The position numbers were made by a program, and so were the translations under genes. Below are positions 48,447-63,744 of a stretch of 64,000 bases of DNA, piece by piece (the first letter of the stretch is position 1; every line of letters begins with the position of its first letter). The stretch covers positions 102,238,001-102,302,000 of the forward strand of contig OX597815.1 in NCBI GenBank assembly GCA_951406725.2, in the 5' to 3' direction. The notes beneath the pieces were generated by a model. The model worked only from the letters and a program-made list of their open reading frames with translations. It was not told where the DNA came from and did no database searches. This DNA comes from Octopus vulgaris. Taxonomy: Eukaryota.

Positions 48447-49679
48447 GATGCGTTTGCATACATATTAATATACATGCGTACAAACAATGCCACAAACTTA
48501 TATGCACATACTATATATTTATGTACCTTATACATACATATATATGTGCGTATATGCGTGTATATATACATCTATATATCTATCTATATATCTATCTTTC
48601 TTTCCCTCTCTCTCTTAATATATATATATATATATATATATACATACCACCATGCACAAACTTATTTATACGTATACATATTTATAGATACTTAACTATA
48701 TTTGTGTAAATTATATATGTACGTACAAATACATATTTCTACACATAGAGCTTCACACGAATATCGGGATATATGCACAGAGACACTGAAACAACTAATT
48801 TTTATATACTTGTCTTTATGTGTGAAGGAAAAGAGAACAAAAAAACCCCAAAAAACAAAGACAAAACAAAACAGGAAAACAAGAAAAAAAAACAAACAAT
48901 ATAAAACTGCTTCTCTGTAAAAGTAAGCGATATATCTCTGCTGTCTTCATCTACATGAGTTAACTATATATATTGTGTCTCAGAAAGGTAATGACTTCTT
49001 CAACTATGATTTATATGATATTTTATTTACTGCACTTTCCTTCCGTTTTCCAAAGACTTAGCAGAGGTTAGTGTAGCATGTGCTTGCATTATAAAAGCTA
49101 GTCATTTCACACTTGTAAGGAAACTTATAGTTGACACGGTCAAATGCCCCGTTGATACGAAAAGTTTACACTTTAACTCTAGACGTATCAGTTTCAAAAA
49201 AAAAAAAAGAATATTATTAAGATTTAATGCTTCTTTTATATATGATTTTGGTTTCGGAATGATATCGCTTTACTTTCCTATTTTGATATTTTCCTCAAGT
49301 CGTTGATGCAGGTATTGATTTCTAGCATTGGTATATAGCCATGATATTTTTGTTTTCAGCAGAATCAGTCGATTAAAACTATCTCAGTATTTGACTCTTT
49401 CTTTAGTAATATTGACCCCAGAATGATGAAAGAAAGGTATAGCATTTTGTGTCTGACATCCTACGAATTTTGCCAATCCATGATACGAATATTAACGACA
49501 CAAAGCTACATTAACAAATAATAGAAAAGTTAAGGTATTAAATATACCAGATCTTCAGTTATGTAAGAAATTGTACTGAAAATATATTTTGTTAGTATTT
49601 CTAAATGCTACGCATAGACATTAGACGTCCACATCCACGCACTCACACATCTGGTTTATACACACACATCCTCGCTGGC

Positions 49680-49845
49680 CATTTTTATGTTGGTTTTCAA
49701 GTCCCTCAAAGGCCGGTCAGACATCAATACGCCACCAGTTACCTGTCCAGCCATACGTCCAAGAAATTCTCCTTTGATTTCAAGATAGCTACGGATGCAG
49801 TTTTTCTCCAAAAACCGTACAAAAAATTCTTCTTTGCTCTAATAT
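49680..49845 (-). pseudogene. Possible hAT-type transposase remnant
   Basis: SKEEFFVRFLEKNCIRSYLEIKGE loosely resembles the WLS..L.RF..EI..FLE.KG block. Weak. Confidence 0.3.
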
Positions 49846-49963
49846 AAACATACCACCAATGGAAGATTGAGCAGGGATTAAAAATAATCATGGTTTTGAA
49901 AAACTTAGTTTGTATTACCACGAGATCTATACTATACTATAATAATAATATAGTAATCTATAC

Positions 49964-50029
<66 letters not shown>

Positions 50030-50506
50030 TTGTCTTGGTATAAAAGATGGGCTACAGCAAATATTCTGCTCAATACCACAGATTTGCTTGTCAGTTGTTT
50101 GACCTTAATCAGTTGAGCATGTCCCTCAGTGGCTGATGATATGTGCATCTCTGATCACGAGCAGAAGTAGTGGGAGAGCATCATAGCCATGTGTTGAGAG
50201 GGATTCTTTGGGGTTTGAATAATTCACCTCTGGAAACATGGGTGGTTCTTTCACCATCCTTAAACAACCCTTATTCAGGGACCTTTTGAGCGGGATGGGC
50301 TACTCAACCTGAAGAAAATTCTAACTGGGCCCCACCTGCAAGGTCATGTGCTGTTTATCTTGATATGAGATCACCATGTCGCGCACATATGGTTGTGATG
50401 CATGTGCCTGGTGTACCTTTATCAGACGGGTAGTCATGATGGGTATATTGGGCTTCATATATTTTACCCCAGTGTCACTTTGATGGCATGAACTGCTCTC
50501 TCACTC

Positions 50507-50507
<1 letters not shown>
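50030..50507 (+). mobile_element. Non-coding element flanked by (TAA)n on both sides, with a 3' end shared with 28502-28548
   Basis: TATTTTACCCCAGTGTCACTTTGAT..CATG.ACTG.TCTCTCACTC plus (AAT)n at both loci. Confidence 0.65.
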
Positions 50508-50538
<31 letters not shown>

Positions 50539-50572
50539 TAATAATAATAATAACAAAATAATAATAATAATG

Positions 50573-50664
<92 letters not shown>

Positions 50665-50685
50665 AATAAGAGAGAGAAAGAGAGA

Positions 50686-50745
<60 letters not shown>

Positions 50746-50749
50746 TATA

Positions 50750-50884
50750 TTGTCACGAAAGAAGTCATAAAAATAGCGGACGATATTTGCGATTCCGCGA
50801 ATAGGCGGTGGTTTCCGTGAACAATTATTTGTTCCGCGAATAACCGGGACCACGAATGCTCAACCGCGAATAAGCAGGAGTACA

Positions 50885-50889
<5 letters not shown>
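50750..50889. mobile_element. One end of a Tigger/pogo-like MITE
   Basis: Three CCGCGAATA motifs ending ...GAGTACACTG followed by TA. Confidence 0.5.
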
Positions 50890-50944
<55 letters not shown>

Positions 50945-50946
50945 TA

Positions 50947-50982
<36 letters not shown>

Positions 50983-51004
50983 TGTATGTATGTATGTATG
51001 TATG

Positions 51005-51049
<45 letters not shown>

Positions 51050-51822
51050 GTTAATATTTCGCTTAGGCATTGCGAAACTAATAACCTGGTGTAGAACTCA
51101 ATATATGTATGCTTCAGAACACAATGTTAGATGAGCATAGATTGGTAATAAGAACAAAAAGATGATACCAGAAAAAAAAAACAAAGGTTATGAAATGAAC
51201 TTCAATAGCTTACGGCTGTTTCTGATATAAGATGCAGTGCTATGTATGCCTGTATGTATATATATAAACTACACTATGTCTGTCAATCAATATAAATATA
51301 TTATATTATGGCTGACACTTTGTATATGGTTACCGTATTGAAACAGACAGTATGAATAAATGCTGTGACTGATGATATTCAGCATAAGAATACCGTATTG
51401 CTGCTGTCTCACTGGGTAAGAGTCCGTGTCATTGTGACTGACATTGCATTTAGTGTAAATTACATTGCATTGTGTCAAACAAATTAGTGATAGTTTTTTT
51501 TTTGTATAAACACAAAATATCAGTTTTATAGGCAAAGTACCATTTCTAAAATGTAACAATGGATGTCCCATTTTCCAGAGACTTAATTGAGGTGAGTTTG
51601 TAGAGCAGTTACATAGTAAAATCGACATTAGACTAGAAACTAATTCCTTCAGAATCAACACTTGATTGGGAGTTAATTCATCCAGAACTTAGCATTTCAT
51701 CGCTGTGCCCACTCATCATATAATTTCCATTTATCATCTAACAAGTAATAACCAAAGCAGTCATGGCGAAAAGATAAAATGGACACATCTCGAGGAGTTT
51801 ATTTTATATTTTATCAGGAATA

Positions 51823-52016
51823 TTACTCTTTACTCCTTTACTTGTTTCAGTCATTATACTGTGGCCATGCAGAAGCACTGCATTTAGTCGAGCAAATCGA
51901 CCCTAGGACTTATTCTTTGTAAGCATAGTACTTATTCTATCGTACACTTTTGCTGTACCGCTAGGTTACGGGGACGTAAAAACACCACCATCGGTTGTCA
52001 AGCGATATTGGGGGAA

Positions 52017-52052
<36 letters not shown>

Positions 52053-52221
52053 TATATACGACAGGCTTCTTTAAGTTTCCTTCTCCCAAATCCACTCACA
52101 AGGCTTTGGTCGGCCCGAGGTTATAGTAGAAGACACTTGCCAAGGTGCCACGCAGTAGAGCTGAACCCGGAACCATGTGGTTCGTAAACAAGCTACTTAC
52201 CACACAGCCACTCCTGCGCCT
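51823..52221 (-). mobile_element. tRNA-SINE, 38730 family
   Basis: Colinear with 38730-39156. Confidence 0.88.
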
Positions 52222-52783
52222 ATTATAAAATTATGAAATTATTGTTTACTTTTCAGTATATACTCTGCCATAACCACAAACAAATTGTGATTATTTTACG
52301 ATCATTAGTATTTGATTTACCTTTTTGTATATATACTTTTTTGTTAAGCAAAGAGCTGAATCTTGAAAGTAGAGCTTAATACAGCGTAAAGTTGAATGAC
52401 ACTTAGTTCCTCCGAAAGCTATCAGGTTAGACGATGCATTTACACAGATGCAAAATACAAACCAACATTAATTTCTTTTTCGAATTATTGTAACTTTTTC
52501 TTCGAAATATCTTCAGAATGAATGATTAGTTGCTGAGTTAGATACAAGATCGCCAACAGTCAACAAAAACAAACTAATTGCGTTAATATCTGTGGCGCAA
52601 ACTTGCTTTCAGAATATTACGATATACTGGAATTGTTTAGTGAGCAGGTGAATGTAAATTATCTGAAAATAAGCAATTTATTTTCAATTACTGTTATTGT
52701 AGGGTTACCATTAGATTGACTGATATACTGCCAATTAGAATTTATAGTGGCTCAAACCTACACCATATACACACAGCTAACCA

Positions 52784-52851
<68 letters not shown>

Positions 52852-53311
52852 CACACAATCCAGCTGTTTCATTATATTTCCGGAATTCTAATGAGTTGTA
52901 GTTGAAGTAGTTTTTGAGCTGAAGAGGCCAGTATTTTAACTGCATTTGTAGCAACTAAAATGCTGACTGCTCTAATGTTGAATTAATTAGTTTTGTGCTT
53001 CATTTAAATTCGTTTCAATGTGAAGCTGCCAGGCAACGTTATCTAAAATTTAGAATGATTCTTAAAAAATTCTCAAAATTAAGCAAACAAACAAACAAAC
53101 AAACAAACACTTAAGAAATACATAAAAAAAAAACAAAACACAATTGCATCAATGATATCCTTAACCTCTTAGCCAGATCTTGGGATTCACAATAATATGT
53201 GCCGGAGATCAGCAGTTATTGTACTCTGACTGAGTTTACTCCCTTCTCCTCTGTGGCCATCATCAGGCTCTTCTGATATATAAATCGTTAGTCAGTGAGG
53301 ATCCTCTAAAC

Positions 53312-53507
53312 CAGTGGTTCTCAGCCATTTTTTGCCTATGGAATCCTTTGATTCCTATTTTAAATATTATTAGTTGTATACAAAAAATTAAATTACATTG
53401 TGTATTGTGTATTGTAGAATTACAAGCAATTTATTGCACATAAATTTTAACAACAAAATCTTATATGGAATCACAAGGGCTATATGAACCCCAATTGAGA
53501 ACCATTG
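53312..53507. mobile_element. hAT-Charlie-like MITE
   Basis: TIRs CAGTGGTTCTCA / TGAGAACCATTG, with degenerate 8-bp TSD ctctaaac / ctcgacgc. Confidence 0.7.
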
Positions 53508-54681
53508 CTCGACGCCAAGATGTAAAACTCGTTTGGCTCTTTGATCCGGGCAGAAGCATAAATTATATCCCGCGAGCCAGATAGAGACAGTTATTCTTAA
53601 ACATCCTATTCGTAAAGTAGGTCAAAATAAGTGGATAAAGGGGTCAATATACACGATAACAACTTCAATACAAATAAAAGAAAAAATATGAAATAGTATA
53701 AATATTTAAATGCAGAGATGTGTTGACACAATTGACACTTATGAGTCCTTAGTGAGAGAACAGAGATGGAAATTATCCAAATGATATCTATAGTCCTAGA
53801 GAATAATGTTTGAAAGAAAGATTGCTCCGCTTCAGTTGCAAAACATTTTGATATTGTTTATATCACTAGAATCCATTCAATGAATACGCATATAAATAAA
53901 AAAAAAGTTCCGTTTAGCTTAGTTTGTATAAATAAAGTAACGAGAAACAAGGCCACATCCTTTAGTATATGGATTTGTAAGCTTCTTTTTCATTGGTTAA
54001 GATAACAAAAAGTTCCTTAAGATTCATTGATTTGATGAATAGGAACCGTTGTAAATGAAAACTAGAGTGAGGCTCCGACTCCGATCAACACAAGCTAGTG
54101 GTATATATTTAACAGAATATTTTAAAACTAAATAATAATAATTAATTATTTTTAAACAATATTGAACCGAGGTCAGGATAAAACATTGCAGTGGGTCATA
54201 TTTGATACTCCGGGTTCACTTTATTATTGTACGGACGTCCTACTAGAAATAGCAAAAAGTTTCCTTTAATACCATGCATGAAAAGACGGAATGGTTGTAG
54301 TTGGAATGCTTTCGACCATCTATCAGGCTGCTATGGAGCTAAACAAGGAGAGCTATTGACTCACAACAATATATTGAACAATGAAAGAAAGAAAATATTT
54401 AAGATCGGCAATCTTTCCTCTACATGATAAACCGCTGTATACGGGAGTATGTTGGGTGGTTCTTCTCTTCACAAAGCATAAAATATCTGGAATAAAAGTT
54501 TTGTGAATCGCATCTCATTGTTTGATTGTCGAGCTTTGGGCAAAAGTTCTGCTTCATCAAAGCTGATATAGGCTATACAACAAACGGCTGAACCAGCTTC
54601 TTTTTAAAATCAAGCATACAATCAATTAGTCAGTCTCTTATTCTACATACCAATCAATAAAACAGTCTAACAATCAAGCAA

Positions 54682-54834
54682 CCTACCTACCTACCTACCT
54701 ACCTACCTACCTACCTACCTACCTACCTACCTACCTACCTACCTACCTACCTACCTACCTACCTACCTACCTACCTACCTAACTACCAACCTACCTACCT
54801 ACCTACCTACGTATCTATCTATCTATCTACCTAC

Positions 54835-54908
<74 letters not shown>

Positions 54909-54977
54909 GTCTGTCTGTCTGTCTGTATACCTGTCTGCATGGCTGTCTGCCTGCCTGCCTGTCTGTCAGTCAGTCTA

Positions 54978-55057
<80 letters not shown>

Positions 55058-55070
55058 CCTATCTATCTAT
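54682..55070. repeat. Compound (TACC)n-(TATC)n-(TGTC)n microsatellite
   Basis: Direct sequence. Confidence 0.95.
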
Positions 55071-55412
55071 TTTTTAAACTTTCAATCGAACTTCCTTTCT
55101 CTGCTTTTATATTTCATACAAGGAACTCGTTAGAACACGGACAGTTATATACCCACTCATATATACTTAGCAAAACTTAAAAGTAACTATCATCTTTCAC
55201 ACGCAACACCCCCACACCCACACACCCACACACACACACACACACACACTCTCTCTCTCTCTCACACACACACATACATGAATGTATGTATGTACGTGTG
55301 TATGTGTGTGTATGTGCATGTATGTATGTGTATATGTTTGTATGTGTGCGTTTGTATGTGTGTGTGTGTGCGTTAACATCAAATAGGGATAATCACCCCA
55401 TTCTCTCTCTCT

Positions 55413-55456
<44 letters not shown>

Positions 55457-57115
55457 GATTATGAGGAAAATTTGGCAACTGTTTCTACCTAGTATATTTA
55501 AATTACAGCGTTCTCCTCTGTATGGTTCACTCACCAAAAATGGAACGCATTTTGTTAAAAAAAAAAAAATACATAATTTTCATCCTTACCTAAATTTTAT
55601 TATATTCTTACCGTTTGTTACTCATTTTGTCGCAGAGTTACGATAGTCATTTACTTATATGATATGTGAAAAAAAAAATTCTGATTCTGAATTGCCTTTG
55701 CCATTCTTCATCTGCGAGAAAAAGCAGTCAAATATCTCTCTTAAATCACATTCTGCGGTTTGAAAAGACGGACAAGTAAGACAATATAGTCTTAGATATA
55801 CAAAGGTGTGGCATAACCACGACTGGAACACGTTTCGTGAGAGGTGTGCTCGAGCAAAGCTCTACTGAGAATAAACAGCAAAATGTGACAAGAATTCAGC
55901 TGCGCAGTCAACTAAATACCCACAAGTGGATAAATAACAAGGTAGTAGTTATCATTGAATCTCATAGAAAAAAAATCATAAGTAGAATTTAGCCCTCTCT
56001 GCCTACTAAAAGAAAACATCTAAAAAACAGGAGAGAACGAAAATGGAACACACACATACACACACACACACACAAAAAAAAAGAAAACGAAAATGGAAAT
56101 AAAGCACATAAAAAAAGAAAAGGTAAAAGGAAACAAAGCGCAAAATACAAAAAACACCCGAAACAAACACTGAAATAATTTTCACCTTTCAGAAAATCAA
56201 CAGTAAAACCGAAACTGTTAGATCGATCAATAATTTGAAACATGTGTGTCGCTCTGAAATATCTTTAGTTCAGTCAAGAGAAAATAGACATTGTACTAAA
56301 AGGTCCGACAAGTTATGTGGAACTGAATTCACAATATGTGCTGAGAACACACACACACACACACACATGCACACACGTAAACTACACATTCACACATATA
56401 TATGCAGCTTGTATTTTGTGATTTATTCTTCTCTCTTTATTTCTCCAATAATATAAAAATCGTTCTTTGCCATTTAAATATGGCTTTCTCTTACGTTTAA
56501 CATGTTGTCACCAACGAAAGAACATCAGTTTTTCATCTTGAATAATTGATTCCCGATGCAAAAGAATAATCAATGATATCGAAATGTTACATTGATTTAT
56601 TAATTGAACAGTTGGCGGTGAGCATGTCTATCTTTTCATCTGGGAATTCCATATTTGTAATCCAATGATAGTATTAATTTATAAAGCTTTGCTCCATTTT
56701 TTCTACACAGATAAGCTGTTTAAGTCTATTTCAGTTTTGTAGCAAAGCTGGTGTAAACATAATTTCTATGCTATTCGTCTCTGTGTACTAATGTATGCTC
56801 GTTTATGATTTTATGCATGTTTCTATGTTTGTATGCATATGTGACTGTGCGTTGGCGTATGTAGAAAATAACTCTTAAATTTACTGATAGCATTGGCTAT
56901 TCCTTTGAATACAGAAATGCTTCGCTTTTATGATGAATTTGTGATAGTCAGATAAACATCATCTAACAAGCTATCTATCTTCAATCTCTCTCTTTGTTTC
57001 TCTCTTTGTGTTTTCTCTCTCTCTTCCCTCCCCCTCTGTGTATATAATATAATATAATACAATATATATGTATTTTTATATATATACATATATATCTAAT
57101 ACACACACACACATA

Positions 57116-58060
57116 CTGGTGCTGGACAAAATAATGGAAATGCTTCTTTAGATTAACTATTTTTTCTATTATTAGCTATAAGACAAATTCAAAGTTGCCC
57201 TACTTCGTAAATATATGCTCATATGAATTATATAAATATGTGTTCATATACCTTGTACTCCATTATATAGTCCTCAGTTTTTCTTTTGTTTTGCAGATAT
57301 TTATATTTAAATATGTTAAGATACCTGACCTCTCTGATTTCCAAAGTGAACAAATTGTTGGAGCACGGATAGCTGAAGAATTAGTCACTAAAACTTCTAA
57401 ATTGTTCAATATTTCGAGAGGTACAGTTTCTAAAATCAAATTGACATTCGTGAACCAAGATAAAACCTCTATCAATCATAATTCTTGACGGAAGGGAAAT
57501 CGTACAGATTAGGACCGCAAAATAATGAAACATACAATGTCAAATAAACATACGGTATCAAAATGAGAGCACAGCTAATCTCCCACTTTCATAGCCCTGT
57601 GTCAGCCAAAATCGTTCGTCGTGAATTCCATACAGCTGGACACAATAAAAGGGTTGCAATTGCTAAACTTCCCCATTTTCCCGATTAACACTAATAAGTG
57701 GAGAAAATGGTGTCTTGACTATTGAAATTGGTCGGTGGAACAATATAAACTTTTCTGATGAATCATTATTCACAATTTTTTCCACTCCGGGGCAAGTTTA
57801 TGCCTGGAGGCAATCCCAAAGAGCCTTCATCTCTAACTGTTTGGATCCTACTATGAAGCTTGGAGGTGTTTCTGTGATGATTTGGACACCTATATCATGG
57901 AATTCTATGTGGCAGAATAATTATCAAGGGTTATCCAATTATTTTGGCTAATTATGTTTATCCTATTGTACAAATATTATTATTTGGTGGAAGTGCAATC
58001 TTCCAGGGTGATAATGTACCGATCCACACGGCTAATGATATACAAAATTTGCACATCTGA
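57116..58060 (+). mobile_element. Decayed Tc1/mariner transposon, 3'-truncated
   Basis: TA plus CTGGTGCTGGACAAAATAATGGAAA terminus, HTH DLSDFQSEQIVGAR..ISRGTVSK, FSDES, GGVSVMIW and IFQGDNVPIHTA. Confidence 0.85.
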
Positions 58061-58925
58061 AAATAAAAGGACCATTATGATGCATTTTGGAGTAAGAAAT
58101 CGTGACAGAAACAGATAAAAGGATTTTAACTTGAAGAATGACTTAAAATTTCTTTAACTCATTAACGGTCAACATCCCATTTTTTGGACAGGTATTTTAA
58201 ATTTAATATAAATAATATTATAAGACTTTTGTGTTTCGTTTGTTATATACTTAATATTCTCTATGCATACATCCCCAAGCATAGAGCAGGAGAAATATGG
58301 TCAAAGAGCTCTTACAAGTGAGGAATATGTAAACGTTTATAAATAATATTTGTAGTTGAATTTTAATGGATTACCAACCGTTCCCACTATGTACGAGTCA
58401 ATTCTTCGACGTATTAAAGCTGTAAATGATGGATTGCAAAATTTCCATTTAACAAGGAGTTTTAATTATTTTATCCGACCTCTGTTCGTATACATACATA
58501 CATAAATACGTGTGTATGTATGTATGTATGTATGTATGTATGTATGTATGTATGTATGTATGTATGTATGTATGCATGTATGTAAGTATGTATGTGTGTT
58601 GAAAAATACAAGAGAAAGAGGACATCTACGGACCATTGATAAGGAGTTTGTAAATCCAGTACCCAAGAACTTCATACTCATTATTATTGAAACAACACGA
58701 TACATACCAACCCGTCTGGAGCACAGTGTGTCTGATCTTTGGGATAGAATGCAAATCCTTAATTCACACGCTACAAATGATCACGATATCTGGGAAAATA
58801 AAAATATGAAAAACCTTAAAATTTAAAGGATGACAGTTAAATCAAGATTGCTATCAAGACATCAAGACGGTGATCAATCAAAATTTACTCTAAATTAAAA
58901 AGAGAAAGAAAACACACACACACAC

Positions 58926-59036
<111 letters not shown>

Positions 59037-59530
59037 ATGTGTGTATGTAAGTATGTAATCAAGCACAATTATTGGCATCCTTTGTCAAAAACGGGTTTTT
59101 ATCAAATTTCTCGCTAAAATTAAATGTCTATGACAATGATCTTGTAATCATAATAATGTGAACAAATAAAACAAATTTTGCCAAAGGTGGACATCAGGTG
59201 GTGTTTAATATAATTGTCTCAGCTGAAAAAAATTTCAAGCACGGTTCAAAATTATTGGTATGTACATAAGTTGATTATTGCGTTGCAAACACACCGATTT
59301 GAGCTACAATATAAGAATAGGTGTCGTAGAATAAAGGTTACATGATCCTGAGAAAGTTCTAAAATACAGAAAACTTCTAAATACTGTTTTGTTGGAGTAG
59401 CTTGTGAAGTTTTTCGGCTTTACTATACTCGACTTTCTTGACCGACCAGAAAAAGCAGCCAAATCACTTTCTTATGTATGTATGTATGTATGTATGTATG
59501 TATGTATGTATGTATGTATGTATGTATGTA

Positions 59531-59943
59531 TCTCTTTTACTCTTCTACTCTTTTACTTGTTTCAGTCATTTGACTGCGGCCATTTAGTAGAGCACCGCCT
59601 TTAGTCGAGCAAATCGACCCCAGGACTTATTCTTTGTAAGCCTAGTACTTATTCTATCGTACACTTTTGCCGAACGTCTAAGTTACGGGTACATGAACAC
59701 ACCAGCATCGGTTGTCAAGCGATTTTGGGGGGACAAACACAGACACATAAACACACACACATATATATATACACATACACGACAGGCTTCTTTCAGTTTC
59801 CGTTTACCAAATCCACTCACAAGGCTTTGGTCAGCCCGAGGATATAGTAGAAGACACTTGTCCAAAGTGTCACGCAGTGGGACTGAGCCCGGAACCATGT
59901 GGTTGGTAAGCAAGCTACTTACCACATAGCCACTCCTGCGCCT
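59531..59943 (-). mobile_element. tRNA-SINE, 38730 family, within (TATG)n
   Basis: Colinear with 38730-39156. Confidence 0.9.
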
Positions 59944-60025
59944 ATGTATGTATGTATGTATGTATGTATGTATGTATGTATGTATGTATGTATGTATGTA
60001 TGTATGTATGTATGTATGTATGTAT

Positions 60026-60652
60026 GAATGTCTCTTCTATTTTCCACTTAGAAGGGAGCCGGTTTCCAAAAAAGAGACAAGGCTTCATCTTTAGGATGTA
60101 GTAAACATAGACAAATTCACATTTGGAACTTAAGAAAAGTATTGCATATTTTTACCGTTCCACTCACAGATTGCACTTGTAATGTACGAATTAGCCGGTC
60201 GATTTCTCTTTCTGAAAATCCCCGTGTATCCAGATTCTCCTTTAAGCGATTACTAACAAAACCTAGTGCTCCAATTATTATTGGTATGAATATGAATTCA
60301 TAGTCTGAATATAGAAGCTGGAGGTTTCGAAGCAGTTGTCCATAGATATCCTCTTTTTCTTTGATTTTCAAAAAGATATTTATATCTGCAGGGCAGCTAA
60401 CCTCTATGACGGTACATACCTTTGCCCCTCAGTCCCAAACAACAATATCTGGCCTGTTATGCTTACATTGGAGAGAAGTTTTAGTGGGAATATTCCACCA
60501 GTATTTCTTGAGTTGGTGTGTATGAATGTATTCCATAACAGAGGGATTTTCTAAGTTTATTTCAGGACTATCTTGCTTGCAGATGGCATTGTAAATTGTT
60601 TTAGCGACAACGCCGTGCAGCACAGGTGGGTAGTACTGGGACGAGATTTTAG
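60026..60652 (-). mobile_element. Dong-like RLE 3' fragment flanked by (TATG)n on both sides
   Basis: LHGVVAKTIY, YWWNIP, HNRPDIVVWD and FIPIIIGALG. Confidence 0.85.
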
Positions 60653-60759
60653 GTATGTATGTATGTATGTATGTATGTATGTATGTATGTATGTATGTAT
60701 TTATGTAGGTATGTACGTATGGATGTATGGATGTATGAACGCATGTATCTGTCTGTCTA

Positions 60760-60848
<89 letters not shown>

Positions 60849-61096
60849 TATTTTTCATATTTTTTTGTTAGTCCTTTATGCTTTGTTTTGGAACAATTAG
60901 TTTAACATTTCGAGACTGTTATGCTTATAATTTGATTGCAAGATTAATAGTTTCTTTCTTGTAATAGTGTGTTGTGCACAAGTTTATCGTACTTCGCAGA
61001 AACGCTAGTCCATATTTACACACACACACGCAAGCACACACAGGCACGCACGCACACACGCATGCACGCACGCACATACATACATACATACATACA

Positions 61097-61130
<34 letters not shown>

Positions 61131-61255
61131 CATATATACATACATACATGCATACATATATACTCACACACAGAGTATTAATATATAATACACATAAACA
61201 TACACACATAGACACATACATATATACATATATAAGTACACATACATACACACAC

Positions 61256-61326
<71 letters not shown>

Positions 61327-61425
61327 GAAGGAGTGATAGAGACAGAGAACTATATAGTTAGCAGTTATATATATTTTAAATTTACAAACGGGAGAAATGT
61401 ATTTAATCCATGAAGTATATTTTAA

Positions 61426-61464
<39 letters not shown>

Positions 61465-62784
61465 GTGATGATAATAACATCAACGACTATAACAATAAAG
61501 TGATGGGTCTATGTTAGTGCAGAAAAAAAAACGGGGCTTAAATTTCCAGCGAGATATGCTGACACTACTTTGTCGGAGGACATTTAGGCTTTGAAAGATA
61601 ATCACACCAATATTAATATCAAATAGAAAATTTTGAATTACACTTGCAAACGAATTTCCAAATTTTAGTATTTATGCATGTCTGAAAACGTGAAAGTTTC
61701 TCCCGTCAAGTGACAATCCTGAGGAATTCATTTCCTTTTTGCACACACACAGGTATTAATGTTCGTTTAAGAAGTATAAAGTACTTTTCCCATAATTCTA
61801 TATTTTATATGAGAAAAAACACTGTAGACTAATTCTCCTTACCTCAAGTAGTACGCATAAAGTTTCATAACTATTCATAGTTAACTTAATCGGGTACATT
61901 TAATATTTCGCAATACTCTCTTAAATTTCTACATTATACCTTACGTTATGCCATAACTGTAACCATGTTATCCTCCACAATGTTTCTTCCTCGTTATCTT
62001 TTCCATATTTTCCCCTCAATATTGAACGGCAGTTTATAAAGAAACTGTCATACAAGCCATCCTTTAAACAACATATTACACAATAAAACATTTTTATCCG
62101 TTCACTTACCTTTTTATCGTTACCGTTCTCTCTTCATCATTCAATTACATAGATCATCGATATAGAGCGTTTTAACATTTGTAGCTATTTATAATTCTAA
62201 AACTTTACTAAAAATTCTGTCTGTCTGTCTGTCTGTCTCTCTTTCTCTCTCTCTCTCTCTCTGTGTCTCTCTTTCTCTCTCACTCTTATAACCATTCTCT
62301 TCTTGCAAGCTATCGTGGTATTTTTCTTTCAATTACACTGTACTTCTGTCGTTGAAGTCTCTCTCTATCACTTTCTTTCACCTTCAGTATACGCCTACAT
62401 ACATACATACATACACGTATATATACACACATACACACATATATATGCATATATATGCACATGTGTATATATATACACACACACACACACACATACACAC
62501 ATATATATCCGTGTTGTTTTTTTACTTACACAAGCTCAATCGATTCCCAACAACCAATCAAAGTATGTATTAACATTCAAATATTTTGCGGCTTCCAGAA
62601 CGAATCCAAATTATATGTATGTTCTCTTTTCAATCACTACTGTCGAACAAACCCAAAAGGAAAGTGCAGAAAAGCATTATTGAAATTTCAGCATTTATTT
62701 TCTCTTTCCACGTCTGCATTTACATGTATATATATATATATATATCTGCTTAGATGTGTGTGTGTGTGTGTGTAGCCGTATAAA

Positions 62785-62851
<67 letters not shown>

Positions 62852-62921
62852 TAATAGTATTCAACAAATCACAATATTTACTGGAAAGCGTAGTCGATAG
62901 CATACGACGTTATAGTAAAGC

Positions 62922-62969
<48 letters not shown>

Positions 62970-63090
62970 CATGCATACTTACATAGCATCATACAAACAT
63001 ACATACGTACATACATATCCATCCATCTATCCATCCATTCATACATACATACATACATACATACATACATACATACATACATACATACAT

Positions 63091-63635
63091 AGTAAACGTA
63101 ATAGACTTGACATAGTGATTAGGGATAAGGAACAAAAACTGTGTACGGTTGTGGAAATCAGCTGCCCAACGGATGTTAATATAAAGCTAAAGATCAACGA
63201 AAAAGAAAATACCTACGCTGTAATACTAAGAAATCTGCAGTTACTCTATCCAGATTATATGTCCAGGTTTATACCGGTCTTTACAGGAGCTAAAAGATAT
63301 GTAACAGACTGCCTAAATACCAATCTTGACAAATTAGGCTTCTCAAAACCAGGAAGGAGAAAGCTGATTCGAAGACTACAGTTCCAATTCAACACTGGAC
63401 CTGTAAAAATCTAAAATTTTCCAAAAGTTTATCATTTAAGTATATATGATCATGTCTAGATATGCAGCTATATGCATGAGAATACATGCATAAAGCAAAT
63501 CATACAAATCTGCACATATACATACAACAATAGCCTGCTGATGTTGAAATTCCTATGAAGGAGCCGTTGATCTAAGTTAGGAACCGGCTACTTCTCTATT
63601 GGCATGAAATATTGAAATAAAACTAAATAATGACG
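63091..63635 (+). mobile_element. Dong-like RLE 3' fragment flanked by (CATA)n on both sides
   Basis: NRLDIVIRD, CTVVEISCP and KENTY. 3' UTR matches 45841-45945. Confidence 0.85.
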
Positions 63636-63744
63636 TTCATGCATACATACATACATACAAACATACATATACATACATACATACATACATACATACATAC
63701 ATACATACATACATACATACATACATACATACATACATACATAA

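Noticed and set aside
50128-50170. CTGATGA within the TAA-flanked element
   Set aside because: No helix II-GAAA arrangement follows
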